From sequence record DRR723986_2279: a stretch of 52,031 bases of DNA. One strand, 5' to 3'. How positions within the stretch are numbered: the first letter of the stretch is position 1; every line of letters begins with the position of its first letter. Position numbers and translations under genes: made by a program. The notes under the pieces are model-generated. The model saw only the letters and a program-made list of their open reading frames with translations. It was not told where the DNA came from and made no database searches. This document shows, in pieces, positions 47,815 to 52,031 of the stretch.

Positions 47815-49743
47815 ATGAAAAAAACAATAAAAGGCCTGCGATTCTGGTGTGCTGCTCTCAGTGGCGCCGCCGGCATATCAATGGTGGGAGGCACTGTGCA
47901 AGCCGACGATAGTACGCATATCGCCGGCTTCTACGAGAACGCGACCTTTGTTCGCGACGGTGTGGGACTGTCGAAGTTTCGCAATACCGTACAACTGGAA
48001 GCGGAGAAGCTGTTTGGTGATGTTGGCAGCTTCAGCAATGTCAGCATCAACGCCACATTTCGCGGCAGCTATGACGGCGTCTACGACCTGAATGACGACG
48101 AATACGGCAAAAATGCGGGCGGCCCAATTCGTCTTCAGGATGCCGTGCGCGGCTACGTTGATCATGGCGATGGTCTCTCCACCTCGAATACGCCGCTTCC
48201 GCCGGGGGCAACGCTGGAGTTCGACAATAACCGCAACCCCAACGACGGCATGGTGGTACTCGGCGAGCACCTGCACAAGCAAAATGGTGGCGTCGCCTTT
48301 GGCGTTCCTGTTCGCCCCTGCGATGTAGACAGTCGCGGCTGTATTGATGACTACCTGGACAAAGACCGCGACGAGCTGCGCTACCAGGAATTCAACGATC
48401 GCTATGACTTTATTCGCGAACTCTACGTCGACTTTGACTTGAACTTCGACAATGGCGACATCCTCAGCACCCGCCTTGGTAAGCAGCAAGTCATCTGGGG
48501 AAGAACCGACTTATTTCGCGTGTTAGATGTTATCAACCCCGTTGATTACTCGCGCAATAATATCTACGACGAGCTGGAAGATATTCGCATCCCCATGTGG
48601 ATATTAAAAACTGACTACCGCATGGGCCCAACCGAGATGTTCGACGGTTTCGCCTTTGACGATCTAAACGTTCAGTTGGTTTGGAACTTCGATAAGTTCC
48701 GCCCACACGATATTGGTCAGTGCGGCCAGCCCAACGTTATTCTCGATGCGGGCTGTTTCTTCCGCGGCATGAACAACCTTTGGGAAAATGGCGGCACCGT
48801 TGCCAACTTCGCTGGCGCTGACCCCAACGGCGGTGTTGCCACCGACTTCGGCCCCGGCCAGATCGGTATTCGCAAAGCCCACATGCCCAGCTGGAGCTTG
48901 TCCAACACGCAAGTCGGCCTGAAATTCGAAGGGGTGTACGGCGATTTGGGCTTCTCACTCAACGCCCTTAACTTCCGCTCACAGCTTCCCTCCCTGCGCG
49001 GCGGCATCCCCGCCGAAAACGGTTTCACCGGGCAGGTTGGCGTATGGCCATCATTGATCGCCTTTGATATTCACTTCCCCCGCGTCACGCTGTTGGGCGG
49101 CTCGCTGGACTATTATGCCCAAAGCATCGACACCGTGATTCGCGCCGAAGTGGCCCACACCAGCGGTGAAGAATTTGCCAATACGCTGCGCAGCGAACTG
49201 TACTCAGAGTCAGATGTGCTGCGCTACGTACTAGGTGCGGATAAAAATATCTTCATTCCCTTCCTCAACGAGCGCCGAGCATTTCTGTTCTCAGGGCAGA
49301 TCTTTGGTCAGCACATCCTCGACCACGAGAGCGAGCACCGCTTGTATGGTGAAGCAGGTATTCCCGACTGGGAACAAAACTGGACCGCAACACTGCTGAT
49401 TAAAGGCTGGTGGATGAACGACCGCCTGAGCCCACAGATCATTGCGGCGCACGATATTCGCGCAGGCTCTTCCACCATTGCCCCCAGCATTGAGTGGCTG
49501 GTGAATGACCAACTCCGCCTCACTGCTGGCTTCAACATCAAAGTTGGCGAAGGCGCTCAGAAGTTTGATGACTGCCGAACCTGTAACCCCTGGGCACCGT
49601 TTACAGAAGCCTATCCCGGCCAACCCGCGGGCGAAACGGCAGGCCTGGGTGGCTACGAGCCACTGGGGCGCTTCCGCGCTGGCCCAATCGGCATGGCCCA
49701 AGAAGAAGATGAATTCCAACTGACTGTTCGCTACAGCTTCTAA
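47815..49743 (+). CDS. DUF1302-family outer-membrane beta-barrel protein, copy 2
   Basis: GAGGA RBS, signal peptide, RELYVD...GKQQVIWGRTD.FRVLDVINPVD...RIPMW, C-terminal YSF. Confidence 0.82.
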   Translation: MKKTIKGLRFWCAALSGAAGISMVGGTVQADDSTHIAGFYENATFVRDGVGLSKFRNTVQLEAEKLFGDVGSFSNVSINATFRGSYDGVYDLNDDEYGKNAGGPIRLQDAVRGYVDHGDGLSTSNTPLPPGATLEFDNNRNPNDGMVVLGEHLHKQNGGVAFGVPVRPCDVDSRGCIDDYLDKDRDELRYQEFNDRYDFIRELYVDFDLNFDNGDILSTRLGKQQVIWGRTDLFRVLDVINPVDYSRNNIYDELEDIRIPMWILKTDYRMGPTEMFDGFAFDDLNVQLVWNFDKFRPHDIGQCGQPNVILDAGCFFRGMNNLWENGGTVANFAGADPNGGVATDFGPGQIGIRKAHMPSWSLSNTQVGLKFEGVYGDLGFSLNALNFRSQLPSLRGGIPAENGFTGQVGVWPSLIAFDIHFPRVTLLGGSLDYYAQSIDTVIRAEVAHTSGEEFANTLRSELYSESDVLRYVLGADKNIFIPFLNERRAFLFSGQIFGQHILDHESEHRLYGEAGIPDWEQNWTATLLIKGWWMNDRLSPQIIAAHDIRAGSSTIAPSIEWLVNDQLRLTAGFNIKVGEGAQKFDDCRTCNPWAPFTEAYPGQPAGETAGLGGYEPLGRFRAGPIGMAQEEDEFQLTVRYSF

Positions 49744-49761
49744 TAATAGAGAGGACACACC

Positions 49762-51084
49762 ATGTTTAACTATCAACGTTTAAAACGCACCGTGCTTGCC
49801 AGCTGCGCGGCCTGCCTGCTGGCGGGCAACGCAATGGCCAATGATGCGCTGATCAACAACTCCTTCCACCCTTACAAGGAGTCACTGCCCAGCCACCCAG
49901 GCCTTAGCGCTGGCACTGTCATTAACAAGGACAATGTTGCCCAGTTTAAAGACCTGCTCGACCCCGCTTTTCTACATTTTGTCGAGCAAGGCTGGACAAC
50001 CATAACCGTAGGCGAGACCACCTCCTTCGACCTGCATAGCAGCTATATTGACGCCACCCGCGCGTCACTCGGCAAGGTAACGCTCGGCGAGAAAGTGGGT
50101 GAAATCAGCGGCTGGCACGCCGGCCGCCCCTTCCCGGAGGAACCCAAGGCCGACGACCCACGCGCGGGTGAAAAGCTGGCGTGGAACTACAAATACGGCT
50201 ACAACTGGGGCGACAGCGCCGCGATCTACCCCTTCTACTGGAAGTACCGCGACATGAATACCGCAGCGGTGGAGCGCACCATTAAATTCAATTTCCATTT
50301 CTTGAACTTTAAAGGTCGCGTTAACCAGCAACCCACCCCCGAAATTACGCCGAACCCGTCAGACCTGTTCCGCGCAATCTATGTGCAGGTGCTAGACCCC
50401 TACGATGTGCGCAACACGCAGTTGTTGATCCATCGCGCTGCCGACGACCTCAAGCGTGATAACTCGTGGTTGTACCTCGGCTTTCAGAGACGCGTTCGCC
50501 GCCTCGCTACCGGCCAGGTTACCGATGCCTTCCTCGGCTCCGACCTAATGATCGAAGACTTCGAAGGCTATAACGGGCGCATCTCCGACATGAACTGGAA
50601 GTACAAAGGCACCCGCTACATGTTAATGCCGTTCTACAACCACAATGCCCTGCAGCTGGACAGCGAAACCCATAGCGATGATGACGGCTACCAAGTGGTC
50701 GCCTTCAGCGGCAAGGGCGGCTGCTTCCCAAACATCACCTGGCAGCTGCGCAAAGTGTACGAAGTGGAAGCCACCCCGGTCGACGAGGGGCACCCTCTTT
50801 CGAAGCGTATTCACTTTATGGATGCACAAACCTTCACGATTCCGCGCACCGTGTCCTACGACCGCAAGGGCAGCCTGTGGAAGACCTTCACCATCGGCCA
50901 GGCCCACCCCGACCATCACCTGCCGCAAAACAAAGGCAGTGGCGTTTCGATCGACGACAGCTTCAGCATGATCGACGTGCAAGCCAGTCACTGCACCACC
51001 GGGCAATTCAAAGGCCAAGTGGATCCCTCACTCTCACCCGCCAGCATGTTTAGCGTTCAACACCTGCGCGCTACCGGCAGCTAA
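49762..51084 (+). CDS. DUF1329-family periplasmic protein (LolA-like), copy 2
   Basis: Signal peptide; G.PFP, WLY..QRRVRRL, YDRKGSLWK. Confidence 0.85.
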   Translation: MFNYQRLKRTVLASCAACLLAGNAMANDALINNSFHPYKESLPSHPGLSAGTVINKDNVAQFKDLLDPAFLHFVEQGWTTITVGETTSFDLHSSYIDATRASLGKVTLGEKVGEISGWHAGRPFPEEPKADDPRAGEKLAWNYKYGYNWGDSAAIYPFYWKYRDMNTAAVERTIKFNFHFLNFKGRVNQQPTPEITPNPSDLFRAIYVQVLDPYDVRNTQLLIHRAADDLKRDNSWLYLGFQRRVRRLATGQVTDAFLGSDLMIEDFEGYNGRISDMNWKYKGTRYMLMPFYNHNALQLDSETHSDDDGYQVVAFSGKGGCFPNITWQLRKVYEVEATPVDEGHPLSKRIHFMDAQTFTIPRTVSYDRKGSLWKTFTIGQAHPDHHLPQNKGSGVSIDDSFSMIDVQASHCTTGQFKGQVDPSLSPASMFSVQHLRATGS

Positions 51085-51220
51085 TGGCGTCCCTGTCGCT
51101 GCGCTTCGGGACGTTGCGCAGCGGCATTAGCGGGTCTGTCGTCGATAAGCCCTCTTATCGACCCCGCTGAGAGTCACCATGCTCTCGCTCCTTGGGGCTG
51201 CATTACGCAGCCCCCTTTTT
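51085..51220 (+). ncRNA. Candidate structured RNA element, copy 2 (3' UTR of the DUF1329 gene, ending in a terminator)
   Basis: Same loop TTCGGGACGTT, GAGAGT hairpin and GGGGCT...AGCCCC-C-T5 terminator as 43827-43956. Confidence 0.6.
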
Positions 51221-51244
51221 ATCGACAACAACGAGGCCGTCAGA

Positions 51245-51829
51245 ATGCCGCAAGAAACAACGACCGACCAAAGTCAGGCACTCACCGTGGTGGTCTCCCG
51301 CCGCGTTAAACACGGCAAAGAACAGGAATTTGAAGCCCTCAGCAACGAAATGACCAGTCGCGCCAGCCACTTCCCCGGCTACCTTGGCGCCACCATGTTT
51401 CGCCCCGCTTCCGCCGACGACCCGGAATACCGCATCGTGTTCAAATTCAGCGACCCAGCCACCCTCTCCCACTGGGAGCAGTCCCCACGCAGGCTGGACC
51501 TGCTGCAGGAAATTGAACAGCTTCTCGTCACGCCGAGCGAACGGGAAATCACCGAGGGCATTGTCACCTGGTTTACCCTGCCGGGGCACAACCCCGTGCT
51601 GCCGCCACCGCGTTACAAGATGACCCTCGTCAGCTGGCTGGCACTCTACCCCGCCGTCACCGCCATCTTCTTCCTGTTGGGCGACTGGCTCGCCACCCTG
51701 CCACTCCCCCTGCGCACACTCATTGTCACCGCCACCGTAATGCTGCTGATGAGCTACGTGCTAATGCCCCGCATGACGCGCTGGTTCTCGCGCTGGCTTT
51801 ACCCTAAATCGAACACCAATACCCGATGA
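51245..51829 (+). CDS. ABM-like (dimeric alpha/beta barrel) domain protein with two C-terminal TM helices
   Basis: V.RRVK.G.E.EF, FPGYLG, F..W..SP.R, PPRYKM..V.WLALYP; GAGG RBS; the 51179 start lies inside the RNA element. Confidence 0.8.
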   Translation: MPQETTTDQSQALTVVVSRRVKHGKEQEFEALSNEMTSRASHFPGYLGATMFRPASADDPEYRIVFKFSDPATLSHWEQSPRRLDLLQEIEQLLVTPSEREITEGIVTWFTLPGHNPVLPPPRYKMTLVSWLALYPAVTAIFFLLGDWLATLPLPLRTLIVTATVMLLMSYVLMPRMTRWFSRWLYPKSNTNTR

Positions 51830-51917
51830 AAGCGCGCACTCAACCCCGACAAGGCATGAAAAAGGTCGACCAACACCCCTCCACACCAATACAAGCTAAC
51901 TTACTGTTTTCAAGGAC

Positions 51918-51946
51918 TTGACTCACCGAATCGGAACAGGTTTAAT
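51918..51946 (+). promoter_or_regulatory. Sigma70 promoter of tRNA-Phe
   Basis: TTGACT-17 nt-TTTAAT followed by GC-rich discriminator ACGCGCC. Confidence 0.8.
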
Positions 51947-51984
51947 ACGCGCCTCTTGCGAAGTACATCAGTGACCTCGCCTAC

Positions 51985-52031
51985 GCCCAGATAGCTCAGT
52001 CGGTAGAGCAGTGGATTGAAAATCCTCGTGT
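51985..52031 (+). tRNA. tRNA-Phe(GAA), truncated by the window end
   Basis: GCCCAGATAGCTCAGTCGGTAGAGCAG...TTGAAAA anticodon loop, near-identical to enterobacterial tRNA-Phe. Confidence 0.95.

Noticed and set aside
43827-51220. The two RNA-like repeats as att sites, IS ends or CRISPR repeats
   Set aside because: Only two copies, divergent in stems with compensatory changes and ending in terminators; no transposase, integrase, cas gene or spacer array in the window
51179-51244. N-terminal extension of the ABM ORF in the ORF track
   Set aside because: Overlaps hairpin 3 and the terminator of RNA element copy 2; the ATG at 51245 has a GAGG RBS
15605-51835. AAGCGCG present at both the yggX end and after the ABM gene, as a possible target-site duplication
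   Set aside because: Only 7 bp, expected by chance; no recombinase to support it

Overview
Gammaproteobacterial chromosome segment with a Pseudomonas/Cellvibrionales-like gene order (taxon inferred). 1-15.6 kb is housekeeping: glnA 3' end, DUF4124 gene, ntrBC, trmL-secB-grxC-rhodanese, gpmI-envC-ctpA, rof, hisBHAF, panZ-mutY-yggX. A ~36 kb aromatic-catabolic block with no visible integrase or transposase lies between yggX and a tRNA-Phe gene at the right edge. It holds a complete dmpKLMNOPQBCDEFGHI phenol hydroxylase/meta-cleavage operon, an AT-rich segment (~29-44.3 kb) with a T4MO-type toluene monooxygenase (tmoABCDEF) and a DmpR-type sigma54 activator, and two divergent copies of a YCF48-like/MMPL/DUF1302/DUF1329 envelope module. 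The most striking unexplained signals are: (1) two homologous ~130-nt four-hairpin RNA-like elements (43827-43956 and 51085-51220) with an identical 11-nt loop on unrelated, covarying stems, the first with its own sigma54 promoter; (2) five -24/-12 promoters with DmpR-type UAS-like and IHF-like sites, suggesting one regulon; (3) two divergent paralogues of an apparently catalytically dead LigB/DODA-fold protein. All calls come from reading the sequence and recalled family motifs; no searches were run.
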